Positions 1-13,048 of a DNA stretch of 64,000 nt are shown in pieces (position 1 is the stretch's first letter; each line of letters begins with the position of its first letter). The DNA lies in contig OZ024741.1 of NCBI GenBank assembly GCA_964016885.1, positions 270,754,001 through 270,818,000 of the forward strand, in the 5' to 3' direction. This stretch comes from Eledone cirrhosa. Lineage: Eukaryota. Made by a program: the position numbers and the translations under genes. The notes under the pieces were generated by a model. That model had not been told where the DNA came from, ran no database searches, and saw only the letters and a list, made by a program, of their open reading frames with translations.

Positions 1-180
1 ACATCTTCACTATTGATGGGGGCTGAGATACAGCAGAAACAATACCTTGTGTTTCTATTGATCCTGATGTAGTTGATCTAGACAGTGTCTGTGAAGTAAA
101 CCCCCAACACATCTTATCTTAGTTTTTCCCACTCTGGTTATCATAGCAGCAATAAATAAAATTAAACACCATTCAGCAGT

Positions 181-669
181 AGGCATGTGGCCTAGTGGTA
201 AGGGTGTTGGACTTACGATCATAATTGTTTCTACTTTTGGCACAAGGCCAGCAATTACCCAGTGTATTACTGGTATTTTATTTTATCAACCCCATAAGGA
301 TGAAAGGCAAAGTTAACCTCAGCGGGATTTGAACTCAGAATGGCAAGGGCCGTAACTCTATGCTTCAAATCATGGCGTCCGACCCTCTACTGATACTGTC
401 AATCCACTGCCACTTACGATCATAATGTTGTGGGTTCGATTCCTGGACTGGGTTGTGTTGTGTTCTTGAGCAAAACACTTCATTTCACATTGCTCCAGTA
501 TACTCAGCTGAAATGAGTACCAGCAATAGCTGGGGGTTTAACCCTGTGATGGACAGATGTCCTGTCCAGTGGGGTGTCTTGTACTTTCAGTTGCTTCACG
601 CCCTGAAACTGGGATAAGCACCGGCCTAACAAACCTCTGGCTTAAGGCAGACTTTAGATTAGACTTTGG
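181..669 (+). mobile_element. tRNA-derived SINE with CORE-like central domain and (AGACTT)n tail, interrupted by a nested SINE
   Basis: A box TGGCCTAGTGG, B box GGTTCGATTCC, CORE-like GTGTTCTTGAGCAAAACACTT...CTCAGCTGAAATGAGTACC; TSD ATTCAGCAGT at 171-180 and 670-679. Confidence 0.8.
226..411 (-). mobile_element. tRNA-derived SINE with Nin/Deu-like domain, nested in the first SINE
   Basis: Minus strand has B box GAGTTCAAATCC and TTTGCCTTTCATCCTT..GGGGT.GATAAAATAAA.TACCAGT; 15-bp TSD ACTTACGATCATAAT at 211-225 and 412-426. Confidence 0.8.
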
Positions 670-807
670 ATTCAGCAGTGGGACCCCATCCCCACCACTG
701 CCACCATCACAACCATGATAGGTTTCTTGCTAGTGTCCTGAAGTTGTGCTGACATCATCTTGCATCCCCTCTAGTTAATTTCTGAATTAAATCATTTGAG
801 ACAGGCT

Positions 808-980
808 ATCATCATCATCATCATCACCATCACGTTTAACATCCATTTTCCACGCTAGCATAGGTTAGACGAGCTGTCCTGTTGTGAGACAAGCCAGGTT
901 AGAGGACTGTTTTGCTCACAGAGAACTGACTTTGGCTTGATTTCTATGACTGAATGCCCTTCCTAATGCCAACCCATATT
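808..980 (-). mobile_element. RTE LINE 3' end fragment
   Basis: (CAT)n tail followed by TTTAACATCCATTTTCCACGCTAGCAT, the RTE 3' terminus seen throughout the window. Confidence 0.6.
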
Positions 981-1186
981 GAATAATTTTCTATCCCAGT
1001 TTTTTACATGCCACTTTTGAAATAGAAATACGTCACATGCAGTGAAATACTGACCACTTTAACTGATCTCTCATATAATCAACTTATTTGAGAGGGTGCT
1101 GAGGTCATGAATAAATAATTTCCTTGAAAATAACAATCTCTTTAATCCCAACCAGTATGGTTCCTGCAATGGCAGGGACTGTTTAA

Positions 1187-1617
1187 CCCTTTTATGACCA
1201 TATTTCTAATGAAATACACACTATTTAAATTAATTAATTGTTTCTACTTTTGGCACAAGGCCAGCAATTACCCAGTGCATTACTGGTACTTTATTTTATC
1301 GACCCCGTAAGGATGAAGGGCAAAGTTAACCTCAACGGGATTTGAACTCAGACAGTAATGGGATGTAACTATACAAGAAAGCATGGCGCCTAACTCTCTA
1401 CTAATACTGTCAATTCACTGCCCTTAAATTAATTAATGAAACATTTTGAGGGATTTATTAAAATTATTAATTATTTCAATACTAAGATAGTAACTTAATA
1501 TTAGGCTCTTATCTAAAATTATGTTGGAAGATTATAATTTAAATTGAAAACCTTTAAAATGGGTGGTTTTATTTCATAGAACCAGAACCAGATTTGGCTG
1601 GGTTGGTTACTAAAGGG
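1187..1617. mobile_element. piggyBac-like MITE containing a nested Nin-type SINE (about 1237-1423, minus)
   Basis: TTAA|CCCTTT ... AAAGGG|TTAA termini with TTAA TSD. Confidence 0.65.
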
Positions 1618-1651
1618 TTAATACAGTTTCTATACTACTTTGATGATATTG

Positions 1652-1866
1652 GTTTCTTATATAGGCACAAGGCCAGCAATTTTGGAGGAGGGGAAAGTTG
1701 ATTAAATCGACCCCAGTGCATGACTGGTACTTTATTTTATCGACTACATAAGGATGAAAGGCAAAGTTAACCTCAGCAGGATTTGAACTCAGATCATAAA
1801 GGGGCGTAACTCTATGCTGCAAAGCATGGCTTCCGACCCTCTACCGAAACTGCCAATCCACCGCCC
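1652..1866 (-). mobile_element. Nin-type tRNA SINE
   Basis: Same family as 226-411; TSD TGATGATATTG at 1641-1651 and 1867-1877. Confidence 0.8.
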
Positions 1867-1899
1867 TGATGATATTGAAAAGGTATTCGGAGAGGGTTC

Positions 1900-2575
1900 C
1901 AACACAGTTCTTAAACACCTTGATTTCGGCTCAGCTTTGGACTCAATTGATCACAGCATCCTGTTGGAAAAAACAACAGCAAAAAAAAAACATCCAACGT
2001 TGGAGTTGATCGGAAGCTACTATAGTTAAGTGAGTGTTTCCTGGTGGACAGAAACCAGCATGTTATGGTCAAATCAGTACAATAAATCTCTGCAATATCA
2101 TTATCAGTGTCCCACAAGGCACTGTTGGGTTGGGCTCACTCCTCTTTATTATTTATATCAATACGGCGGTGGATTAGCAGAATCGGTAGAGCGTTAGACA
2201 ATATGCTTTGTGGCATAAAATTACGGCTCTTGCCATTCTGAGTTCAAATCCCACCGAGTTTAACTTTGCCTTTCATCCTTACAGGGTCGATGAAATAAAG
2301 TACTAGAAATGCACTTGGGTATTTGACTTTTTCCTCCTCCCAAAATTGTTGGCCGTGTGCCTAAATCAGAAACCATTATTTACATCAATGACACAATAGA
2401 CATCGCCAAATGGCAAAACAAGAATTTTCGCAGAAGATTTTAAGCTTTAGCAGGTTGTCAACGGCATAAAAGACTGCACATATTTTTAATCAGATCTGCA
2501 TGATGTTATTCAATGGACAGAAAACACTTCCAAAAAACTATGACATTAAACGAGGAAAAATTTGAGCCTAACTGT
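1900..2575 (+). pseudogene. Decayed CR1/L2-type LINE RT fragment, interrupted by a SINE at about 2165-2380 (+)
   Basis: LDFGSALDSIDHSILL resembles YLDFSKAFDKVDH; VPQGT..G.LLFIIYIN motif near 2110-2160. Confidence 0.55.
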
Positions 2576-2589
2576 CTAACTATATATAC

Positions 2590-2679
<90 letters not shown>

Positions 2680-2819
2680 AAAATAACTTGTCTTTGTTAA
2701 CATTGTTAAATATATTTATATATATATAAACAAACATACATGTATATATATATAAAAACAATAGATATATACAAACACACATGCATACATATATATATAT
2801 TTATATATATATATACATT

Positions 2820-3140
2820 ATCGCTCTACATGGCTGAATACAATAAATGTAATCTGAGTTTTTCGAATATTAATAATAATATTCGATTTATTTGCAATTA
2901 TGCAAACAGCCTCTTTTTTAAAGCCATGTCAGTAGAATGAGCCCCTCATTCTTGCTCTTATGTTGGCATGTAAACAGAACTGCAGACACTAATGTTTCTG
3001 GGTATTACCTTTCATCAGTGCAATTCACTGTTCACCTGCCAACTGTCAGAGCTAGTGAAAATATATGATATTTTTCTAAAATATACAGTGACTGATCAGC
3101 CTGATTTGCATATTAACAGACTGGTACATCAGTCTGGCAT
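2820..3140 (-). mobile_element. Non-coding hammerhead-bearing element (family H1, probably Penelope pLTR-derived) between (TA)n tracts
   Basis: Homologous in inverted orientation to 41170-41670; contains a hammerhead. Confidence 0.6.
2977..3026 (-). ncRNA. Type I hammerhead ribozyme, canonical core
   Basis: Minus strand reads GAATTGCA-CTGATGA-aaGGTaatACCca-GAAA-CAttagTG-TC-TGCAGTTC, giving stems I, II, III and a GUC cleavage triplet. Confidence 0.85.
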
Positions 3141-3164
3141 ATATATATATATATATATATATAT

Positions 3165-3605
3165 GCAGTATTACAGAAGACATGCCTTGCCTATGTACAA
3201 AGCGAAACCTACAGTCAGTAGGCACCTCTTAACCAAATATACACCCCAACCAACTACCCCTACTCCATCCTCCCACTTCCACCAACACCACCCTTTCTCT
3301 GTAAAGTTGGTACCACAACATCCAGTCCAAATTAATGAGATAATGAGATCGAGATCGAGATCATGTAGGTGTCACGAAAAAAAAACACAGTCCACGCTGT
3401 AATGTGGTCGTGTAGGTAACACGGTAAAAAGTTCCCAGTCTACACTGTAAATGTGGTTGGTGTTAGGGAGGGAATCCAGCCGTAGAAAAACCAGCAGATA
3501 GTCCTAAATGAGCGAGACATGGTCACCGACCAACCAGCCTCAAATTGGGACAACTCCCGTCTAACCCATGCTAGCATGGAAGATGGACGTTAAACGATGA
3601 TGATG
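3165..3605 (+). mobile_element. RTE LINE (family A) 3' UTR fragment with (GAT)n tail
   Basis: Matches the 3' ends at 21580-22010 and 59100-59500. Confidence 0.75.
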
Positions 3606-3624
3606 ATATATATATATATATATA

Positions 3625-4180
3625 TCATCATCATTATTTTACGTCCGCTTTTCCCTGCTTGCAAGGGTGGGACGGGTCTTATTCAGCACAGCATCTCTCC
3701 ACTTGTCACGGTCCTTCGTCATCTCCACCATGAGCTTCAGCGATCTGAGGTCTGTTCTCACCACCTCCGCCCATGCTTTTTGTGGTCTACCTCTACCACA
3801 TCTTCCTTCAACTGGCATTTCCTGGCACTTCTTCCCCCATCGGTCATCCTCCATGCGCATCATATGTCCATACCACCTCAGTCTCCTCTCTCGCACACTA
3901 CATTCTATCCCTCTCAGACACAGTTTCTCTCTCAACACATTCATGCTGGGTCGTTCACGCACATCGACATTGCACATCCAACGGAGCATGCTTGCCTCAT
4001 TTCTCTCCAGCCGTCGCATATCCTCTGCAGTTGCTCCCCATGCACTACCATGCAATACCATGCAGCATCGTGCACCTCACTCAAGCATCATATAACCGGC
4101 CTTTCGTACGCAGGGAGAAACCCTTCTTCGTCAGCAGAGGAAGCAGCTCCCTAAACTTCTTCCAACCCGTCCTTATTCTA
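3625..4180 (-). pseudogene. RTE LINE (family B) 3' fragment encoding the RT C-terminus
   Basis: ORF 3639-4061 LERNEASMLRWMC...RRLRWYGH...GRGRPQKAW; 3' end GCAAGCAGGGAAAAGCGGACGTAAAA(TGA)n. Confidence 0.8.
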
Positions 4181-4606
4181 GATACTATATACTATATATA
4201 TATATATATATATAATATGTGTGTGTGTGTGTGTGTGTATGCATGTGTATTTATATACGTATATATATTTATACACACACACATATATTTATGTTATCAT
4301 TGTTTAACGTCCATTTTGCATGCTTGCATGGGCTAGATGAGTTGTCATATTATGAGACAGGTCAGGTCCTGAAACCATGTCTTCTCATATGGATCTGTAT
4401 TTTGGGTTGGTTTCTACAGCTGGATGCCCTTTTTAACACCACATTGCAGTGTGGTTTGTGTGATTTTTATTGTGTCACCAAAATGACCACTTTAGAGTAT
4501 ATATATATATATAACGAAGGAAATGTGGTAAGGAACCAGGTGGACCATAACGCACCAAAGTACTCAATACTTGAGGTAGTAGAGTGGGTAATAGGAACCA
4601 GTAAGA

Positions 4607-4698
4607 CCCCAACAGCTGAGCTCAAGCCGTTTCGACGGCTAATTCTGGACTAAATGAAAATTTATCCTGGTATTTAAATAGCCGATCTTCTCAAGGGG
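4607..4698 (-). ncRNA. Hammerhead ribozyme variant (U3-A8 core) in the Penelope pLTR
   Basis: Minus strand reads CCCC-TTGAGAA-GAtCGGCTA...TAGCCGTC-GAAA-CGGCttgagctcaGCTG-TT-GGGG. Confidence 0.65.
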
Positions 4699-6039
4699 TA
4701 ATTCCATATATGGTCAAAGTGATTGTAAAAAATCAGTAGTAATTCTGTGGTTGCAAATTAGTAGGGGAGATGGTGGCTAAACCTGCCAGTAGGAGAAAGA
4801 GGGGAGGGGGTGGAGTAGACCCAATCAAGCGTTGGTAGTGCCAGCTACAGCTGGGCATGAGGTCAAAGAAGATACAGGGGAGGGGGAGGGGGAGGAAGTC
4901 GAAACGGTAGGTAGAACAATGGGGGGTAGAAATATATATAAAAAAAAAAAAAAAAAAAATACTGAGAGTGAAGAAAAGCAAATAAGTGTAAAGAAAAAGT
5001 AAAGTAAATTCTACGACCTAGGTCTCTAGCTATTGTTAGGCTAGAATAAATAAATAAATAAAGAAAGAAAGAAGTAAAGAAATAAATAAAGAAATAACGA
5101 AATAAGTAAAAGAACTAGGTGGGACGAAATAGGCAAGGACCCTTTTAAGAGGTATAAGTACGTAAATGATACGGTGACGGGTCAACAAAAGGGGCCAAAA
5201 TACTAAAGAGACTACCACGAAATAAACAATAAAGGTTTCCATCCCGGGCACAATGCCAGCAACCACCCAGTGCAGCAAAGTGAACTAGTACGAGATAATA
5301 ATTCTGAGTCCCGAGAAAAATATATACTAATGCTAACTCTAAAAGATCTAAAACAAGCTACATGAAAGTTCGTACGAAGTAAAGGTAGAATACGGAAAAA
5401 TAAATTCAGAATCCACCCCGCCCAAAAGAAAAGCGAAGAAAGAAATACTGAAACGAAAAAATAAGGCATAAGTGCCACTAAGAAATATAGAGGGCACAGA
5501 GAATAGTGGGAGCGGTCGGAAAAAGGGGACAAGTATCCGGGGTCTAAACCAACTGCTATAAAGGGCGGAGTCCGCCAAATCTATCATAGACTAGGGGAGG
5601 GGGTGGGGGTACTAAGGCTACAATGGGGCCAAAGGGCAGCCTCGGGTGGGCGAGAAAAGACGCCGACAAAGGAGAAGAGCTGGGGTAGAAGGACTAAGGA
5701 GAGAGGGGGGAAGGAAATAAAGGAAGCGATAAAAGAATACAAAGAAGATCTTACGTCTCCCTTGGCAAGCAGGGGTTACCCATTGCAAAATCGGCAAGTG
5801 GGGTGTTATAGCCCTAGTCTACCCCCCGGGTCATTATGGGGTTTGAGGGCGAGGTAAGTCCTACGCAATCTATGTTTACATGCAGTAACCAGTTCATCTT
5901 TCTTGTTTAGGAGTTGGTCCGTCGAAAACAGCATTTGTAAAGTTTCCTCCGAGCATAAATTGCACGGACGGCGTCCTCCCGTGTAAGAATTGGCTCTGGA
6001 CAGTAATCTCCAAGTGAGATCATAGGTGATGTTGTTGTC

Positions 6040-6880
6040 CTAGAGGTCCCATATGTGGCCCGAAAGTGTAGTGGCGTGACGCCGGGCCGGGTTTCGGAAG
6101 GTATGTCTATGTTGGTATAGCCGGGTCTTGAAGTCACATGCGGTAAGTCCTATATAGGCTTTGTTGGAGGTATCCGTCCTCACGTTGCACTGGTAGATCA
6201 CATTACGGTCTCTGCATCTATTGTCGAGTGGGCAAATGGATCTATCCGGGCAGTTACACCTCCTGGTCGGTTCTCCACTGCTATTTAGGTTATTTCTGCC
6301 ATCGGGGTTGAGTTTTTTGTTGTTAGAGGAGACGATGTTTTGTGCGAAGTTTGGTGTAGTGCTGTAAGAGAGTTTGATGGTATTTTTGTTAATTATGTTG
6401 TGGTAGCGGTGTTGTAATGGGAAGTGTTTTTCAATGAGCCTAAAGAATAGTTTCCCGATGGGAGTTGTCACCTCTGCGTTGTGGGGAGGAATGAACCATG
6501 TTACATTGCGTGAGCGGCGGTGTCTCCTGCTGGTTCCGCTAATGGGAGCTGGACAGTAGGATATTTCCTCCCGGAAACCACTCCGCTTGAGGGCCTGGTT
6601 GTAATAAGGCGCATGTTCATCGAATATCCGCTCATTAGCTGACAAACGGGATATGCGGAGGGAGATGTTTTTGACCAGGTTGTTTGTGATGTTCCTAGGA
6701 TGGTTTGATCGGCGGTGGATGTAGTGCAGATTGTCATTAGGTTTCCTGTATGGGTAGTACAGGTCGTTTTCGAGGTCGAGGGTCACGTCCAGGAAGTTTA
6801 CTCGGGTCAGGGACGTTTGTAGGGTTATTTTAAATCCCCAGTCGCGGAAGAATCTGATTAATTGTTTCCGGACCCGATCT
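6040..6880 (-). pseudogene. Penelope-like RT/GIY-YIG ORF remnant
   Basis: RT motif FLDV, thumb region and VIY...YIG endonuclease motif. Confidence 0.88.
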
Positions 6881-6953
6881 GTATACATATATGTATGTAC
6901 GTGTACATACATATATGTATATCTGTATACATATATGTATGTACGTGTACATA

Positions 6954-6993
<40 letters not shown>

Positions 6994-7734
6994 TATGTAC
7001 ACGTACATACATATATGTATACAGACATACAGTAGTATGTATATATATATACATACATGCACACATATATATATGTACGTATGGATTCACCGAACATTTA
7101 TTATAATGCTCGGTGTGTTTGTAAACAAACATCCTGTATTAAGCCGTAGTATCTAGCAACTATCGTTGCTCGTTTGTTCAACACTGCATGTATGTATATA
7201 TATATACATACTATCGTATGTATATATGTATGTACGTATACATACTTATATTTAAGTAACAGCCGTACTAAGAGTGGGAAATGAAATTTTGTTTCATATT
7301 TTTCCGTTTATCGTTTTCGGTGCACCCAGCCGATTAACCCACTCGATATGCAAATTGGGCTACTCAGCCGTTAATATGCATAAGGAAAGTATATACTTTC
7401 AGACGTTCAACAATCTGGCAGGAAGGTATACGTTGCTGACGATAGCTAATAAGCTTGAAACTAATACAGCGTTCCTTTGTCAGTGTTGAACAAACAAGCA
7501 ACGATGGTTGCTAGACACTACGGCTTAATGCGGGATGTTTGTTTACAAATACACCGAGCATTATAATAAACGTTCGGTGAATCCATACGTACATATATAT
7601 ATGTGTGCATGTATGTATATATATACACATACTACTGTATGTCTGTATACATATATGTATGTACGTGTACATACTTATATTTAAGTAACAGCCGTACTAA
7701 GAGTGGGAAATGAAATTTCGTTTCATTTTTTTCC

Positions 7735-7740
<6 letters not shown>
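6881..7740. mobile_element. Hammerhead-bearing element family H2, rearranged with internal inversion
   Basis: 7075-7185 is inverted at 7481-7591; same family as the 32245-32990 palindrome. Confidence 0.65.
7430..7472 (+). ncRNA. Minimal type I hammerhead ribozyme
   Basis: ACGTTG-CTGACGA-tAGCTaataAGCTt-GAAA-ctaa-TA-CAGCGT; stem III has a G-to-A change relative to the 32 kb copies. Confidence 0.65.
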
Positions 7741-7769
<29 letters not shown>

Positions 7770-7774
<5 letters not shown>

Positions 7775-8180
7775 AGTTAAAGAATGAAGGTTGGCTGTAC
7801 AATAAGGGGCTTTATTTCAAGTACTGACAATTGTTTCATTGATCAGGTGAGTCTAGAGGTCGCGAATCTCTTGAAGTTGCATCACTCAATCTCCAATACA
7901 TTATTTACCTCTGATCAACACATCAGAGTACGTAGATATAAAAATAATTCACCCGAGGCAAGAAATATATATAGCAAAGCGAGTGTGGTAAGATACCAGG
8001 TGGACCATAATGCACCAGAGTACTAAATACTTACAGTAGTAGAGTAGGTAATAAGAAAAGAACCAGGACCCCACCCCGACGGTTGAGCTCCGGTCGTTAA
8101 GACAGCTAGATCCAAACTTTAGTTCAGATCTAGCTGTCGAAATGGCTGGAGCTCAGCCGTTGGGGTCCTGACTCTTTTCC
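7770..8180 (-). mobile_element. Composite of pLTR family H3 (7770-7980) and Penelope-1 pLTR end with hairpin (7980-8180)
   Basis: 7780-7975 is homologous to 53685-53890; 7980-8100 is homologous to 4512-4640; inverted repeat at about 8055-8180. Confidence 0.6.
7821..7931 (-). ncRNA. Hammerhead variant (CUGAUGU core, long stem II)
   Basis: GTACT-CTGATGT-GTTGATCAG...CTGATCAAT-GAAA-CAATTG-TC-AGTAC. Confidence 0.6.
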
Positions 8181-8459
8181 TATATATATAAGAGGTGATA
8201 AAAAAAAATCGCACCACTCAAAGGTGATGACACAGGACCAGGATCTTAGGCATTATGCAGTAATAAAGAGACCCACTGTAAAGTAGTCATGTTAGTGTCA
8301 ACAAAAGGCACCACTAACTCACTGTAAATGAGGTTAGCATTATGAAGGGCACCCAGCTGTAGAAACTAATATATATACATATATACATATATATATACAC
8401 ATATATACATATATATATACACATATATACACACACTTATACACACATACACATATATA

Positions 8460-9418
<959 letters not shown>

Positions 9419-10219
9419 ATATATATATATATATATATATGAAAAAATATCGTTTTTTACAAAGATAATATTAAAATTAGAAAGAGATAGTGGAGAAGTA
9501 AAAATAGCTCAAAATACAGTAATTTATTATAATATTCCCTTTCCCCCAAATTACTGTCCTTGTGCCAAAATGAGAACCCATTAAAGTATCAAGGTTAACT
9601 GTGATGACTTCACTTATTGTTTGGTAGTTGAACATAACTTGTGTGTTTTCTTCATATTTATTTTTAGTCCCAGTTTGTTGCTTTCAAGGTTCAGTTGATT
9701 TAAGAGAGAATATGACATGAACACTTGACAACAGATGAACAATATTATGTGTACAATGGAGAATGAGAAAGACAAGTTGACACTTGTGGTTGAGTGTGGG
9801 ACTTAACTTGATCCCTCATATATTTCTGTTAGAGTTCTGGTAGTTGACTGTAGGAGTTACCATGGTCTTTGGTGTGTTTCTGCTAGGGTTCTGTTTGTTG
9901 AGTGTGGGGTTTACCTTGGTCCTTGGTGTGTTTCTGTTAGGGTTCTGTTTGTTGAGTGTGGGGTTTACTTTGGGCCCTTGGTGCAATCAAAGCAATCCCA
10001 AACAATTTGTAACAATAATATTAAAAACATAAATGCATGTAGCATAAATATTAAAGTAACTTTGAGTCAAATGACCCTAGTCAACATAGCATGTACCTTA
10101 AATATTAAAGTAATGTTGAGTCAGAAGATGACCCTAGTCAACACAGCATGGACCTTAAATATTAAAGTAATGTTGTGTCAGATGACCCTAGTCAATACAG
10201 CATGGACCTTAAATATCAA

Positions 10220-10427
10220 CCCTTTAGTATTTATATTATTCTGTATATACTATTGTATTTTCACAGTAAAGGCTTTATCTTATATAATATTGAATCTATG
10301 AGATTTTGATATTTTTTATTTCAAGAAGAATACCTTAAAATTAGTATCAGTGACCAGTTACTGCCAGTTTGAATAGAAAGAGGTGAGAGAATTCTGGCCG
10401 GATATGGCCGGTTTAAATGCTAAAGAG
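10220..10427. mobile_element. piggyBac-like MITE inserted at the TTAA of a minisatellite unit
   Basis: TCAA|CCCTTTAGTATTTA ... TAAATGCTAAAGAG|TTAA. Confidence 0.6.
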
Positions 10428-10743
10428 TTAAAGTAATGTTGTGTCAGAAGATGACCCTAGTCAACACAGCATGGACCTTAAATATTAAAGTAATGTTGGT
10501 GTCAGATGACCCCTAGTCAACATAGCATGGACCTTAAAGTAATGTTGAGTCAGGAGATGACCCCTAGTCAACACAGCATGGACATTAGATATTAAAGTAA
10601 TATTGTGTCAGGAGATGACCCCTAGTCAACACAGCATGGACCTTAAATATTAAAGTAATGTTGTGTCAGGAGATGACCCCTAGTCAACACAGCATGGACC
10701 TTAAATATTAAAGTAATGTTGAGTCAGATGACCCTAGTCAATA

Positions 10744-13048
10744 CACTGGTCAACAAAATTAAATGTATTATGCTCATTATGATTGCAAACCAAATTTTTT
10801 AGACTAATTTTTCATGCTGATCACAAAATTTCGCTCCATTTGTATGCAGCACGTATAAGTTTTTCAGTAGATACATGCAAATATTTACATATTTGTATAT
10901 ATCATTAACGTAATAAATAAGGACATATTATTTTTAGAAAGTAAATGAGTTTATTGAGTTAAAAATCATCACTATCATTCTACAAAGAGTGAATACACAA
11001 TAAATGAGTCAGACAAAACAGACAAAGTTAGAACAACAGAGTTAGAAATATTGTGATTTGGATTTCCTGCGGTGTTCCTGATCTGGTTGATCACGGTAAA
11101 GTGTCCAGCAGTAGTCAGTCAGCATACTGTCATTCCAGAAGCCTTGGTACTGTTTCTCCAAAGCACTAATGTCCTGGTGAAATCTTTCACCATGTTCATC
11201 AGACACTGCTCCAAGGTTATCTGCGAAGAAATCCAGGTGGGAGTCCAAGGAGTGAACTTTCAGTGACATGGGACAACCCATTGCTGAGTAACATTTCAGA
11301 AGATTATTGGTGCCATCCTTGAAGTTCATTGCCTTCTTGTTGCCCAAGAAATTCTCATAGATCCAATTGAAAGCATTCTAGGCAGGCAGTTCCAGTTCAT
11401 CCAGTGTTGTCTTGAAGTTGACATCTTTGAGTACTTCTTTAATTTGTGGTCCAACAAGGATACCCTCTTTCAACTTAGCCTGTGTGATTTTCGGAAACTT
11501 TTCTACAATATACTCAAATCCTCTGGCATCTCTCTTCCCTAATGTCTTTACAAACTGTTTCATCAGTCCAAGATTTATGTGCAAAGGAGGCAATAAGACA
11601 TTACATGGATCTACAAGAGGTGCATTCTTGACGCTAGACAGTCCTGGCTGGTATGATGTTCTTTTCTGCCAGTTTAATTCTGAATAATGTTTGTCAATTG
11701 CCCGACTATCCCATAGACACAAGAAACAACAGTATTTTGTGAACCCTGACTGCATTCCCATTAACATTCCAATGACTTTTAAATCTCCACATATTTTCCA
11801 TGAGTATCTTTCATAGGCAATGGCATGAAGTAGAAGTTCCATATTCTCATATAATTCATGAAGATGAACGTTGTGTGCAATAGGAATGGAGGGCTTCAAA
11901 TTACCATTATGGAGAAGTACAGCCTTTAAATTTCGTTTTGAAGAGTCAATAAACAAACGCCACTCTGCAGGATCATGATTTTGTGATAAACATTCAAAAA
12001 GTCCATCGCAAAAGCAAAGTGGGCTTTCAACAGAAAAACACATTTGTAGAACCACATTTCTCTGCCGAAAATAAGTTATACGAACACCGTGCTTTAGCAG
12101 ATACTTCTCCTTCAGTCTTGATGCCAACAGTTATACTTTATCTTTTCTTTTGAGAGGGATAGGTATCTGACAAGGTCATTCAGTTCAGCTTGGGAAAATT
12201 TCTGAGGTTCAAAGCTATCGTCATAAGCCACGTGACTGTCAGCATCATTATCTGATGTTTCAATACCATCATTTGGTGGAACTGGAATTGGTAGACTTCC
12301 ATTGTGAGGCACAGGTCTCATTGCAGAATCTAAATTGGGATACATAATTTTGTGTTTATTCTTCATAGAAAATCCTGTGACATTTACTTTGCAAAAATAA
12401 CAGTTATTAAAATGGTCTTTCAGCTCCCTCCATATCATTGAAATGGCAAAAGGCATGGACTTCTTATTGAACCAGCCACGTAAGCCATTTGAGCAAGCTG
12501 AGCAAATAAAATGTGGTGCCCATAACTTGTCCTGATCTCCAAGAGGACAGTCAAAGTATAGCTTATAAATCTTCTTGATCTCTGGTGTTATTGTACGTTT
12601 TTGAGCTTTCACGATAAATTGTCCACAGACATAACAAAACACATCAGAATGATTTCTACACTGTCTTGACATTGTTAACACTGTAAAACAAGTGAGGAAA
12701 TAGATACAAACGGTTATACTTATATTGAATTTGAGATGTTGAAATACCTATTTCATCAGACAAAACTTGATTGGTTAATTTAAGATGATGAAATATTACA
12801 TCTGAACTATGCAGAAATGAATAATGTAGTTTATTTTAAAGGTATGTTTCCATGATGGAAATGCAATACAAGCATATACGTCATTAATTGGAATTTCTAT
12901 ATAAAGCATGAGCTAAAACCAAAAAATTTTCTCATCTTGAAAACTGTATGTGATGTCCAAAAAGTAATTGTATATTTGAAATCAGCATTAAAAACTACAC
13001 TAAGTGCACCTTGACATATGCTTGATGAAAAATACTTGTTGACCAGTG
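10744..13048 (-). mobile_element. Full-length Chapaev3-like (CMC superfamily) DNA transposon
   Basis: 13-bp TIR CACTGGTCAACAA / TTGTTGACCAGTG, ATA on both flanks, transposase inside. Confidence 0.8.
11042..12672 (-). pseudogene. Chapaev3-like transposase, disrupted (ORFs 12112-12681, 11378-12127, 11042-11347)
   Basis: N-terminal Zn motif C..HSDVFCYVCG...WAPH..C..C...H...CYFC; WRLFIDSS, ICGDLKV, CFLCLWDSR, PPLHI.LG, SDEHGERFHQD. Confidence 0.8.

Larger units (their letters stand above)
4512..6880 (-). mobile_element. 5'-truncated Penelope-like element (RT C-terminus, GIY-YIG endonuclease, long 3' UTR, pLTR)
   Basis: ORF 6040-6912 has VNFLDVTLDL, YRKP, SNHP, CNC...C...C linker and NVIYQC...KAYIGLT...FKTRLYQH; flanked by TA-rich microsatellite. 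Confidence 0.9.

Noticed and set aside
181-450. tRNA-like A and B boxes
   Set aside because: They are SINE heads with TSDs and tails, not tRNA genes
9668-9790. Possible host exon after TTTTTAG
   Set aside because: Stops in all three frames and no recognisable protein similarity
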